A stretch of DNA of 64,000 bases. Source: Psammoneis japonica. Lineage: Eukaryota. This document shows, one piece after another, positions 39,330-52,295 of this stretch. The stretch lies in the NCBI GenBank assembly GCA_008632985.1, contig QPGO01000080.1, positions 1-64,000 on the forward strand. The letters are read 5' to 3'. The position numbers were made by a program, and so were the translations under genes. The notes beneath the pieces were generated by a model that was not told the origin of the DNA, searched no databases, and was given only the letters and a program-made list of their open reading frames with translations. Every line of letters begins with the position of its first letter. The first letter of the stretch is position 1.

Positions 39330-41254
39330 ACTTTTCACCTCGCTTCGAACCCCCCAACTCACGTCGTCTATTTTCTGTCAAGCAGGACGCGCCACTCTCC
39401 GAAACATGCATGCTGTAATAACTCTCCGTAACACTCGATTGTTGTTGCTTGCAACTCATGTTATCGAGCATTGGCTGAAATAACGTGAGAACGGGATCAA
39501 TGGTCGGTGCTCCGTTGTCCGTCGCTGCGACCCACATCTGAGAGCTGAGCAAATGGTCTCCCTCGCGAAGAACAAGTTTCATCGCGTTCTTGCAGTTGAT
39601 GCTCAGAGGAACCTTCCCAAGGCGGATGAGACAAGGAAATTATGTCGGTATATTCGCGACAAGTATAGATTGAGTCTCTTTAAAAGCCGAGCAGAATGGA
39701 CGATGGAGAAAGGTCCAATCTGTGATGTGTTACTTTTGATGTCATCAAAATCACCAAAAAGAATGGTATCCTGATAGTAGGAGCTCCATGTGAAGCTCGC
39801 CATCCCGGAGTGATGCATGGACCCACCATGAAAGTACGGCCTTGGACAAGCCATGTCGAAACGGCGTGCTTTTCTTAGTCAACAAGGAACAAGGCTAGAG
39901 CAGGCCAACCACGACGCGGGCGTACGCAGCGACAATCTTGCTCAATTCAATAAAAATTTTGCTTACGTCAGGTGTCGACGACTTGCCCAACTTGGGCAGC
40001 AAGTCTCACAGACGGCCGATCACGTTAAAAGCATGTCACATACAAAAATCAGCTCCTCTAGTATCATACACTGAATTCGTGGGAATACCGCAACAGCTTG
40101 TGTAAACAACAAAATTGAAAAGGGCATCCCATTCAACACAATGGTCGAACGGTACTGAACTTTATCAGGTCTCGTTCAAGTGCAAAGCGGTAGACCCGGC
40201 ATTGGTTATGATGAAACCCTCCTTGTTGTTTGAAAGTCGAACACAGTACAGTACTACCATACAAGAACGCGGTATGGCTTTCGATGACACCCTCCCAGGT
40301 ACCGGTATTGAACTACTATATTCTCCAGTGCTTCCAGCTATGACAAGCATCGTGGCATGTTGACTTCTATGCTGGATACGTTGGTGCGGCGGTGTAGCCT
40401 CGTACTTCTGGATCCTCCTGGTTAGCGAAACTTCATTCCACCACACAGCTCTTTATACAGTACCGGAATAAACGAACCCTTTCGTTTACTTTATTATTGC
40501 TATTATAGAGCCTTTTGTGTCTTGGTTCTTCTTGCGTGAGACTCACGGTACCTATACGAGTGAGAGTCGTCGTCTCTCACTAATTCTTGTCGCGTTCGGC
40601 AGTTTCTACCGACACTATACTAACTATGCTTCTCTTCCTACAACACATAGACTTGTCTACAAGTCGGACAATTGTTGCTTGACAAGCATTCTTGCTGTAT
40701 CTTGTAACAGAACCACGTCTTCATGCATTCCTTGTGAAACACGTGCGGGCAGTTGGGATTGGACGACCACACCACCGTGTCTTGTGGTTGCATTTTCTCG
40801 AGACAAACACCACAGTGCGTGTGTGCGCATCTCGTAGCATCGTGCTTGCTGCTGGTGCCTGGTAACGGTATTCTATAATACTGTTGACAGTCGCTTTGAT
40901 CGGCTCTCGTCAGAACCTGGGAAATTCAAAAAAAAAAATGACGGTTGAAGATGAATTCTTTAGCAAAGCAAAACTTGTCGATTCATAGTGCCTCTCAACA
41001 GACGTATTCGGCGCAGTGTTCACCACTCATTCACACTACAACCTCTCACTTGCCTTTGTATAATCTCGAACAAGCCAATCAAAGTGTCCCTTTGCGTAAT
41101 TTCGTTGAATGACCGCATCGTTTTCTTCTTGCCAATCATCATGACACAACGCCTTGACAAGACTGGGAACCACAATACCAAAGGCTAGCGATATACTCCA
41201 CGGAATGACAATGCTCCAATGCATATGATCCATCATGGCGTCCATCATAATCAT
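39330..41254 (-). CDS. Possible multi-exon hypothetical membrane protein; structure unresolved
   Basis: Normal TpA/CpG composition; ORF 41036..41254 has a TM-like segment and a donor-like site; further short ORFs downstream. Confidence 0.25.
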
Positions 41255-42193
41255 GGTGCTGGTTTGATCGGTCGGTGTTGTCGTGGTTCTGTCGTTTTTG
41301 TGTGTTGTTTCAAAAGTGATGGGTCGTCGTTGATGATGGATCGATTTTTTTCCGTTGGCACGTGTTGATATCGGTTCATGTCTACGTTAACTGCACGTAG
41401 AAATTGTACGGAGCGAGCCATCATGGTGTCTGCAGATGGCAAAATGAAAATGTTCAGTAACGAAGGAGATTGAATGTTCAATTTTGAATTGATTGAAGCA
41501 GTGACACCGTTGCATATTTATAAGTTTATTTATAAAATAAATGAATGACTATTTCCCCCAAGGCGCGACCAAGACACGACACCCGAGACCTCAGACCCCA
41601 GGCAGACGAAGACCCGATGCCGGTAGACCTCCAGACCGTACAGTGCCGAGACTGACTCCTCGCCGATCGAGCTGGCAACGCAATTTCAGATTGACCGTCA
41701 CGCAAGTAAGTTCAAAGTGACACAGAGATGCTGGTTGTGCAACATCGGTTAAGGCAGTTGCACAATGAGCTGATGGATGGCAAGACGATTGGACTTTCTG
41801 ATCTTTTTTGCACTGGAAACTGGAAACTTCGTGCGCGCTGCACGCGCCATCGCCAAAAATTGTGGCATGATGATGGTGCGTTGTGGACAGTGATGACAGC
41901 AATGTGTCTCAGAGTTTTTTGTCATTAAAGACATTTGGTTTCTTGTCAAGTTTGAGAACGCATTTGGTCATGAAAGTTCCCAAGAGCAACCTCTGTTCGA
42001 AAGCAAAACGTCGCGCCAATGCCGAGCTCTGTTTTCCGACCTGTCACTGTCATGCATTCATTGTTGAATGATCCAGACTTCATCAGGGAGACTTTCTTTA
42101 CATGTTCATGTTGCAAACAGTGCAGTCGATCATTGTGACAAGTGCCCGCTGCAAAGTCGTCCTGCAAGAGCTTGAGAACAATGTCATCGTCAG

Positions 42194-42588
42194 ACGCGTT
42201 CCAGCTCTGTGTGGGACCTCGCACTGCTGCACTGTGACATCAACAGTTTTTTGGATTGCGTTGCATGTCGCACACATGCATTTCTGCGTGTCACATTCTA
42301 CGAAATTGTTTCACACTCCCTGTTTTACGAAGCCAAATGCTTTCCATTTTCAACATTTGTGAGAATGAAAATGCGCTGGGTGTGTTCTCCAATGTCTGAA
42401 GAACACACCCGGGCAAACTGTCAATGATGTGCTCCAAGCATGAAGGAGGAGATGCATTCGTAAAATTGCCTCTTTTTCTGTTGGCAATCATTTGATTTTT
42501 CATTGCAGCACAAATTTTCTGCGGAGCTCACACGCAGAATTCTGCGGGCCCAATGTCACACGGAGTCCCACCTGGGACTGGAACCCAT
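42194..42588 (+). mobile_element. MITE family X, copy 1 (~395 bp)
   Basis: TIRs acgcgttccagctctgtgtgggac / gtcccacctgggactggaacccat; flanking direct repeat tgtcatcgtcag / tgtcatcgtcgg. Confidence 0.8.
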
Positions 42589-42760
42589 TGTCATCGTCGG
42601 CATCAACGGCAATTGCACAACTGTCATCTGTCTGACATTGTGCTGCTGTGCACCTGTTGTGTGCATGATGCCTTGACAGGAATGACCACCACTGACTGGG
42701 GAGCACACTTCCCCTTGATGTCTCGGGTCAACCGCACCAACCTGGGGGGGTCCTCAGAGG

Positions 42761-43162
42761 ACGGGTTCCAGCCCCAGGTGGGACTCCGTGTGACATTGGG
42801 CCCACAGAATTCTGCATGCGAGCTCCATGGTAAATGTGTGCTGCAATGAAAACACAAATGATTGCCAACAGAAAAAGAGGCAATTTTGCAAACGCATCTC
42901 CTCCTTCACACTTAAAGCACTTCATCAAAACAGTTTGCCCGGGTGCATTCTACAGACATTAAAGAATGTGCCAAGCACACCTCCTTCATTGTCGTGAATG
43001 TTGAAAATGGAAAGCCTTTGGCTTTGCAAAACAGGGAGTGTGAAACAATTTTGTAGAATGTCACATGCAGAAATGTGCTTGCGCGTGACATGCGACGCGA
43101 TCCAAAAAACTGTTGATGTCACAGTTCAGCAGTGTGAGGTCCCACCCAGAGCTGGAATGCAT
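42761..43162 (-). mobile_element. MITE family X, copy 2 (inverted relative to copy 1)
   Basis: Full-length reverse-complement match to 42194-42588; flanked by cagagg on both sides. Confidence 0.85.
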
Positions 43163-46056
43163 CAGAGGTTCCTGCCCGCCCGCAGGAGGCTGGCATTGGA
43201 ACCACCCCTGGAACCAGTTTCGGACCCCAGACAGGCCTGTGGTTGGTGAAGATGAGAACCTTCAGAACAGAACAAGACACAAAATCTGCTCATCAAAATG
43301 TTCTTTCTTCCCACTTGAGTGTCAACACAATTCCCCGCCATGAGCAAGCGATTGATTTCAAAAACCTCTTTTCTTTTGACAGCAAGGTGGGTGCGCCCCA
43401 AAAGACAATCCCTTGAGGCTGTCACAATGAGAAGAACAGACCCAAGATGGTGTCTCAGGTCTCCATGGGAGACTTGTTGGCCCAAACCATCACACCACCT
43501 GAGGTGGATGGAACTCATGTCACTGAGTGGAATGCATGCAAAAGGTGGGTGGACGAATCACTGGCTCTGTTGGGGCTGCCTCACTTGATGCAAGACCAGG
43601 TTGACTGGTGCTTTTTGGAGGCAGTGTTGAAACAAGATGCCACGCCAAAGTTGGCCAAGTGTGTCATTTGGTCACTGCAGCATTGTTCATGATCTTGGGA
43701 GGAGCACAAACCTCCCAATCCAAAATTCGTTGTGAGATCAGAGGCAGTTGACACCACTCTGGTGGCACACAAGGAGTGACACACCCAAAATTTGCTCACT
43801 GAGTTTGCATCAGCTCACAACAAGCTGCCTGTGGATGCTCTGTCTTACATTGCTGAGAACAAGACATTGAATTGTGTCATTCAATCCACTGCTTGGAAGA
43901 AGTTGGTGGTGTCATGGACCAGCTGCAGCCAGACCATGATGCAACGCGATCAGCTCCGACTTGCACGACATGCAGATGTTCACTGTGATGACACACACGG
44001 CCTTGGCAACCCAAACAAATTGGTCACACATCCAACAAGAGCTCTGATTGAGCAGAGCTTTGCTGGCAAATGAGGCTCCAACAAAGAACAGAGTTGCAGG
44101 CATGTGGCGGCACTGAAACTGGAAGCGATGCAGAGCCAGTGTGAATGCCGCTGTTGCTGCTTGCAGGTTTCACAGTGACACCAAAATCCACTTCATGCAT
44201 CAACATGACAGATTCTTGGACTGGCACAAGCATGAACTGGTGGGCTGGAAAACATTGGACATGCCCGCAAGGCATGCTGGCAGGTGCACAGGGCAACCAA
44301 GACATCGTGGGTGAAGTGCACTCACCTTTGCACCACTGGCATTGATTCCAGCAACATGGGTGGGGCGAGCATGCAAAACATTGAGCAGCAGACCAAACAT
44401 GGAAAAATTCACTTGACGTCTCATGCTTGCCTGAGATCCCTCCACAAGTGCAGTTGATTGCCGCTGGGTTCTCCAAGCTGCATGGCAAGAAAGTTTGCCA
44501 CATCCCTCACACCAACATGTCCTTCGGCCAACTGATTCACGGAAAACCAAATGTCGCTGATGCTGAGTTGGCAGAGATGATGTGGCTAAGACTGCCTGCA
44601 TGGAAACAGCAACACAATGTTGGTCGTAAGTGGCCATGTGGCACAAACTTTTTATGTGGGACCTCACCTTTTTTTTGCTCACGTCCTGTGCCAAAAGACT
44701 GCATCCTTTGGGTCATGGAGCATCCGCAGCACAAAGTGTCCCATCTGTTGGTTTGTGGTTTTGGCGGCAGATGCATTGAGTGGGCTGGGGACAGGCCTCA
44801 GGAGATGGCTGGTGTGGACACTGCAGATGAAGACGCGATTCAAAATCTGAGTGTTGCTGCCCAGTCAGCATTCTCTTCGGTTCATGCTGAATGCAGTTTC
44901 TTGGTGGAAGAATGGATTGCCTGTTGGCAGACTTTCAAAATTTCACCAACATTCTTCTTGGGCAAAATCAGCAGCAACAACAGCAGCAACATGAGCAAAA
45001 CAGGAACAGATGCGCAGCATCAGAATGGCTGTCAGCAATCGGAGTGCAATTCAGACACATGCCGCATTGGATTGGAGTCCTGCTTGCAATTGCATCATGC
45101 AGCATCTCCCCTCTGCTGACATCAGGTGCCACTCAACCACACTTTCCAAAAGAAATGCCAAAGACAATGACCAAATTGTTGGAGGAGCACCTGGAGTTTC
45201 AGCTGGAACAGTGCAAAGGAGGAGCAAGCAAAACAATTGGCTGGGTGCTGGGGTCACCATGCAGTTCAGTCATTGTTTGCGCATGCGGAGCTTGATTCTG
45301 AAACAGTCTGTGTGAGTTCGTGGTTTTTCAGACCGTGTCGCTGTGCTCCAGGAATCTGCAAGGCTGGTTGATGAGGAGAGAGGTGCCACCATGTCACTCA
45401 GACAATTGTGCGATGCTTCCAAGGCTCAATCCAGTGACACCAAGCACCACAAGGTCTGCTGCTCCCAAGGACCAAAGAAAAATCATGTTGCATCCAACCT
45501 CTCCCCATCGGAAGATGTGTGAGGTTGAAGGAGGTTGAGTGTTTTTTGCATTTTTGCAACTCTGTGGCCACTGCATTTTTTGCTTTCATTTTTTCCAATC
45601 CTCCCATGCAGACCCCCAGTGAAAAGTGCACCAGAAGAAAGGCCAAAAGCCAGTCAAGCTGCTGCTTTTGTTGTCTCACAACATTTGACATTGCATGATC
45701 ATTGGATCACTTGAGTGTCAGGGGTCACGTGAAACTGTCGGACATTTGTCGATCATGAATGAAAAATCCTCAACAAATGTTCTTTTGTCATCTTCAATTG
45801 AACGATGTCCTGATCCCAAGTGAAAACAGCCTGTGCAGGATTTGGTGCTGATGCACATGGCAACTGGCACTCACCAAGGCCCCAACCCCCAGGCTCCAGA
45901 GAGCCTGTTCAGCATGAATGCTGAGAAACTGCGGCGCATCGGGTTAAAGGCCGTCCTCAACAACTCTGTTAATTTTGAATTTAAGGCATGTGCAAAATGA
46001 GTGCACAGCAGTGCAGTGTTGCACAGATGACACTTGTGCTTTTGTTGCAATTTGCA

Positions 46057-46454
46057 ATGTGTTCCAGGTCTGGGTGGGGACCTCACACTGCTGAACTGTG
46101 ACATCGACAGTTTTTTAATCGCGTCGCATGTTGCGCACGCACATTTCTACGTGATTTGTGCAAGTGATTTGTGCAACATTTTGTGTCATTTGATGGCACA
46201 ATCATTGGGTGATCAATTCAACAACTTTTGATGTTTTTTCTTCTGTGCCATTCTCAATGTCTTGAGAATGGTGCAGGGCAGTCGGACTGTCCCAAACTTG
46301 GAGTGACAGGGACATGTGTGCAGCAAACTTGGTCGTTTGTTGTTTCATGTCAAAGACAAACATGTCCATTGACCAGAGCATGAACTGCAGAGCTCACACG
46401 CAGAATTCCATGGAGAAAATGTCACAAAAAGTCCCACCTGGGGCTGGAATGCAT
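46057..46454 (+). mobile_element. MITE family X, copy 3 (diverged interior)
   Basis: Same TIRs and subterminal sequence (gggacctcacactgctgaactgtgacatc ... gagctcacacgcagaattc ... gtcccacctggggctggaatgcat); similar length. Confidence 0.75.
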
Positions 46455-47215
46455 CTTGCGCAGCAAATTGCCATCGACGATGACATTTTTCTCAAGCTCT
46501 CACAGGACGACTTTGCAATGTGCGCTTTTGTCACAATGACTGACTGCACTGTTTAAAACATGAATGTGCAAAGAAAGTCCCCCTGACAAAGTCTCGGTCA
46601 TTCAACAATGAATGCATGACAGTGACAGGTCGGGGAAAGCAGAGCTCGGCACACTGGCATGATGATGTTTTGCTTTCGAACGGAGGTTTTGCTCTTGGGA
46701 CTTTCATGACTGAATGCGTTCTTGTGCTTTGTCAAACTAAATGTCTTTAATGACAAAAGACTCTGGGACACATCGCTGTCATCGCCATCGTTACAACAAC
46801 GCCCGTTCGTTCATGTCGCCGATTTTTAGCGATGATGCGTGTAGCGCGCACGACGTTTCCAGTTCCCAGTGCAAAAAACAACAAAATATGTTCCAAAAGT
46901 CCAATCGTCTTGCCATCCATCAGCCGGTTGTTTTGCACGTGGTGTGACGTGTGTTGACAAAAAGGTCGAACTTTTGTCGAATTTCCAAAATCGTTCCCAT
47001 CAATCCAATCTAAATCTACAATGGCAAATCGAATCGTCAATCGCAATAAAGCGTTTCCCTGCAAGCTAGAAGTCAACTGGGCTGTTACCAGCATTCTTTT
47101 GTGGGACCTCGTTTTGACTGTCGTCTCGGTTCTTGCTCTGAATGCTTGTGGCAATCTGATCTGAATAGCCTCTCTCCCATAGCAGCTCAGCACACAAGGC
47201 AACGTCAAAGTGGAA

Positions 47216-48522
47216 ATGCAAACAAATGGGCTGAATCAAACTGTACGGCTACCTGCATTTAGCCAGAAGACAACACACAACCAAGAAGTGCTCGTTTGTT
47301 GTTGTCGTCGTCGTTTCTTGATCCTGGCAGTGCTGTTTGTATATCTTGTTGCAAGCCTTTCTTGTTGGACACAACGCCGGCTGCTCAAATTGACTGATCG
47401 AGTTTCCGCATCAACCAAGTATCAGCTGAAAAGGAAGCATGCGATGGTCACGCCTCTGCTAGAGCTCTCCAGGCAGTTTCGGCCGCCACCGTCCAACATT
47501 ACTGCTGCATTGTGTCTCAGAACAGTCTATAGAGGAAGAAATGACGGAATCATGGAGTATGTTCTCCGTTGGGTGGCATACCATCGCTTGTTGGGATTTG
47601 ATGAGATTCTGGTCTGGTACGTGAAAGATTTGACGCCTCCCGGTATTGAGCTGCTAGAAACGTTGCCCTACGTGACATTGGTGGAGAACACACGGCATCC
47701 GTTTATGGATCCTAATACTACACGTCCGAAGAAGAATCATCCAGGCGGGCAAAAGGGTGACATTGCAGAGTGTTTGAAGCTGACTGAGAATCGGTTTGAT
47801 TGGGTGTTCTTGCCAGACGCCGACGAATACTTGTATTTTGCCGAGATGGTTCGTTTGAAAGACTTTCTCCTCATGCACAAGGACAAGAAATACCTCAGTT
47901 TTGGGAAATGGATGTATGACAACCGATTGCAATTCGCTGGTGCCAAAAACGACTTGATTGGTTTGGAAAAGGTAAGAACTACCTATTTGATATTTGACTG
48001 ATATTTTTGACATCGGTGCACCTCCTCACTTCTGTTCTGCAGTACCCTTATACGTATAAAAGTTACTGTTTTCCGGACGGACGTGACAAGCAATGTCCTG
48101 GCTGGCAAGGCAGATCTAAAGTGCTATTTCGTAGAGACTCATTTGATGATATGCCAGTTCATGGAATTGAGCGCTACATCAGCAAGGAGGACCCATGCGT
48201 TTCGGACCGCTGCCATTTCAATACAGATGTTGCTCATCTCAAAGAGTGGAAATCTGGGTTTGGACTTGGCAAGAAATCACCCTTTCATTTCCTGGGAAGC
48301 ATGAATCTGACGGTGAGGAGCAATGAATCAAGCATCGAAGGGTTCACCTTCCTGGGAGAAATGAACGAAACACTAAGCAATGAGACGAGGTTGGTTGGCA
48401 ATTTCCAAGGAATAGGTCGATTCGAGATGAACGCGGAGGGGAAAAACATATTGTATCGTGATGACAATTTGCAAGACTGGTTTGACTTTTTGGCTAGAGA
48501 ACCGAATAGTAAGAATTCATAG
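47216..48522 (+). CDS. GT-A fold glycosyltransferase (GT92/DUF23-like), 2 exons (47216-47971, 48043-48522)
   Basis: TM anchor, WVAYHRLLGFD and DWVFLPDADEY motifs; 71-bp GT-AG intron 47972-48042 restores the frame. Confidence 0.85.
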
Positions 48523-49430
48523 ACTTAGGTTTCTCATCAACCGTTTGGCAAAAACTTGTATGCACCGGTAGCTACAGTTAGAGTACTGTAGCGTATGATA
48601 GCTGTAGTGATCGATCACGCGTGCGTACGCGTGTGCGGAAGGCAAGTTTGAAGCACGACGACTTATTGGTGATCGAATAATATGACTGTCGCCAATTCAA
48701 CTTCCAACGCACAACGCTCGTTCTCCGAAGCTGCTCCTCGCACCCCAGTTTAGAATTGAGACGAACCGCACGCAGCAAGACCCACCTGCGAATCTCGTCG
48801 TCCTTTGACCCATGCCTTTTTTGGAGGAGGGTGCCTCCATGCCAAGATGACCGGTCACAGCATTTGCGCTTGTGACCAGTCAAACTTTCGGTTTTTTCAT
48901 CACTCTCACTTTTCCATCTTTGTTGAGACAGGAGCTCTGATCAACATGCCTGGACCACACCAAAACATTGGAAAAGCCATCTTTTTGCTTTCTCTCTCTC
49001 CCACCATCACCATGTCTGATTGCTTTGCCTCTGGCCTTGATGATGGGGCTTTTGTCAACCTTGCGAACGACGAATCTTTCTCGAGGCTGATGTGATTTTG
49101 CCGCTCTCATCATGCTCTCCTGTGTCACCCACTTCTCGGGCCCTGCTCTCTGGGATGGGTCATTGTGGGGGCAATGAGAGCTTAAATCCTTCCCTTCAGT
49201 CTTGGTGCAATGACCGGTGACAAAGGACAGTCTGACATTGAACGTGCGGAGTCAGGGGGGTCATTTCCCCAAACCCGGATTTTGCCTTTGATGAATTGGC
49301 AACGCTGGACACTCAAAAGATGTTGCCACCACTTTGAAAACACGCAATCAGCATCACTTCAGACAGGCTCAAGGAACCCCTCCCACAGTGCCACCCCTCT
49401 CAACAGATCCAGGTTGCGAAAGCAACACGG

Positions 49431-51400
49431 TCATGGCAGATCCAACCTTGGATGGCGAATGCGAAACACGCTGATTTCTGTCATCTTGCGTTTGTCAACT
49501 TCAGGCAAGGTGAGCTGGATTTTACACTGACTGTCAGTCATGAAGAGCCCTCCTTTGGTTCCCCAAATTTTGGTGGTGGATTGTTTCGTTCTGAGTTTCC
49601 ATGTGAATTTGTGCAAAATCATGGTTGACAATGTTCCGCTGTCAAGGAGAACACGTGGAGGCTTGTTTTTTGCCTTGCCCAAAGGTGCACTCATGCAGGC
49701 AATGACTGCTGGACCAGTGTGAATTGTCTCAGCTTTTTTCCAGGCTTTCCAATGTCCAGCTGTGTGCAAGACTCCTTGAGCAGAGTGAGTCATTCTTCAG
49801 AATCGCTGCTCATCAATTTTTCAAATTGATGGTTTTCCTCAGTGTTGGCCAGCTGCAAAGTTTTCTGCAGCAATCAGGCTGCAATCAGTCAATTGCACTG
49901 CTGCAGAGCAGTGGTTGGTTGGTTGCAATCATGCTTTTTTCATGGTCTGAGGAGCTGATTGCAATCGTGGTTGCACAAAATTGCCCTGCCGGCCAAGCTT
50001 GCCCCCCACTCAGGGGCGCCCTCTGCGCAAGAGCACACTCCATGCAGGAGAAGAGCGATTTCACTAATTTCAGCCAGAAAAAGAGCTCAAATTTAGGCTG
50101 CAATCAACTGCAACAGTCCATTGTGATTGCAGCCGTTGCACTTTCCCAACAATCCAGTCATTGCAATCAAGTTTGTGCAACAGCGATTGCAGTCAAAGTG
50201 AGGCTGATTGCAGTCAATCCCAGCAACCAGTTGACACTGGTGGTTTTCCTCACTGAGGGCATCTGAGTTGCAATCTTTGATCTTGTGCTTTGCACTGTTG
50301 TTGGAGTGACTTGACTTGAACATTTTTTGAACTGCCTTGTCAATCATGGCATTCAGTTGTTCTTTGCAAGCAACATTTCCATCATCGCGATTGCCATGAT
50401 TGAACAATGCAATTTTGGATCACGCTCATAATTTCCATTGTTTTCTTTGGCAAGGTTTTTAATGACCCAGCACTTGTGCATGTCATGAGTGTCCTTTTTG
50501 CAGCAGTTGCACCACTTTTCAGGCTCATCTTGTTTGGCACCAGAATGGTGCCATTTTTGGAACCAAGATTGGGTCCATCTTTGGCTTTTGATCCAGGCTT
50601 GCTGCTGGCATCAGCCTTGGTGTGAACAGAGTCAAAGATGTCCTCAGCAACCTCCAGATGCTCTGTGAACTCTGCCAACTCATCACAGGCATGCTTCAAA
50701 ATCTTGAAACCTCAAAGCATTGATTGGCGCTGCCATTTGCATGGTGCAAGATTGCAGAGAACATCCTTGAGCTCATTGACCTTGAGCTTCTGATCTTCTT
50801 CAAAGGGAGGACAGCACTTGAGGTCTTTGTTGACTTTTTGAACCCAAGCTGCAATTTCTTGGATCTTCATGGTCTCTGTTTTCTTGAGATTGTGATGCAA
50901 ACAATGCCTTTGAATCTGAAGAGGAGCATTCTTTGGAAAGATGTGCCTCTCGAGGCATTGCAGACATTTTTCAAAGGATGCTTTGCTCTCTTCTTCTTCT
51001 TCAACATTTGCAGCACCATTCTTGAATGCATGCAGCACATCTCCTTGCAACAACATGCACACAAGATGGAACTGATCAGCTCATTTCTCAATGTTCTGGC
51101 TCGCCAAAAGTTGTTTGCAGCTCTTTCAAAATTCGAGGCATGCCTTGCTTCTTGTGATGCTTGACATTGATGGTGCAGGTGCGGCTGTCTTTCTTTTCCA
51201 GGTAGAAGCACTGCTCTGTCTTGTGAGGCATTGTTTTGGTTTGAGCATCTTTGGCTGGAGATTGAGTCCAATGGTTGAGAAACAATTTTCTCCTGCCTGA
51301 AGGAAGACTTGGGGTCAGCAACATGAGGTGAAAGCTTCATTTTTGTCTTGTTTTGCCTTCTGTGGTGTGCGTGCACAATGCACCATGCTTGAAGAATGAG
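49431..51400 (-). mobile_element. Decayed Ty3/gypsy retrotransposon gag-protease remnant
   Basis: Gag-like MKIQEIAAWVQKVNKDLKCCPP...ELKDVLCNLAPCKWQ; aspartic protease RVLLDSGT...WGTKGGLF; boundaries approximate. Confidence 0.7.
49840..50239. mobile_element. 400-bp non-autonomous TIR element (hAT-like CAGTG ends) nested in the gypsy remnant
   Basis: Ends cagtgttggccagctgc / gcaaccagttgacactg; flanks atggttttcct (49829-49839) and gtggttttcct (50240-50250); many internal GATTGC/GCAATC motifs. Confidence 0.7.
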
Positions 51401-52295
51401 CACAAACAAAAGCAGAGTAAAGTGCAAAAAATGAAAATTGTGATGTCAAATTTTGCTTGATCATTTTGTTTTTTCTCCAAACGAGTTCTCAACGGTCAAT
51501 GGCCTGAAGCTTCTGCACTGCTTCTGCAGACAAAAGGCAATTCAGAGAATGCAGTCATGACAACAGATTGTCCAGATGCAATTGCTGTTAACGTGTGAGA
51601 TGTCGACATCATCATCAATCAATTGCACCTGCAATTTGTGACTTCCAATCAACTCTGTGTGATCATTCTGTCCTTTGTGCACATCCATGACCATGGTGGA
51701 TTGACGCACACATGATGTGCAATTGTGATTGTGCACATGACAGTCACACACTGCATTCACATCCCCAATTTTACATCAAGAGCCATTCATTGAGAGCGGT
51801 CACCCCCTCGTTTGTCCCAGAATTGCCGTGCCATTTGAGCAAGGCTTTTATTTTTGCATTTGTAAAATTTGACATCTGGTCAATTCTGTGTGACTGATCT
51901 GTCCTTTGTGCAAACCCACAATTGACGTGTGATTGAAAATGTGACAATGTCAAAATCTGTGCATGTGCATGTGAGTGCACACAACAATGCACAGAGCACA
52001 GTTGCCAGCTTGCCACAAGTGCGTTGCAACATTTCGATGTGACACCACATGGAATCCTGGGTTGTTTCCATGCAGTGGCACATTTTTGTGCATTTGGTGC
52101 AAAATGAGACTGCCCCAAAAACTCGAAAATGTGCGCTGCACATTTGGCCAGTCCCCAGCCCGTTCAGGCAAAAAATCAAACCACTCAGCAGTGGTTCACA
52201 AATTGTGCAGAGCGTGAAACTTGCAGCTGACACAATGAAGCAGCACCTGCACATGTGTGACTTTTGACAGAGTCAAACAGCCATTGCTGTCAATG

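Larger units (their letters stand above)
41760..46930. repeat. Inverted pair of diverged host-sequence copies (~41760-42670 and ~45985-46930), each interrupted by a MITE, enclosing decayed ORF fragments
   Basis: gctgatggatggcaagacgattggacttt (41769) is the reverse complement of aaagtccaatcgtcttgccatccatcagc (~46896); homology continues on both sides of the MITEs. Confidence 0.85.

Noticed and set aside
42194..46454. TA target-site duplication (Tc1/mariner type) for MITE family X
   Set aside because: All six ends read A-TG or A-CG inward and none reads CA; ancestral TA and CG cannot be distinguished from these copies.
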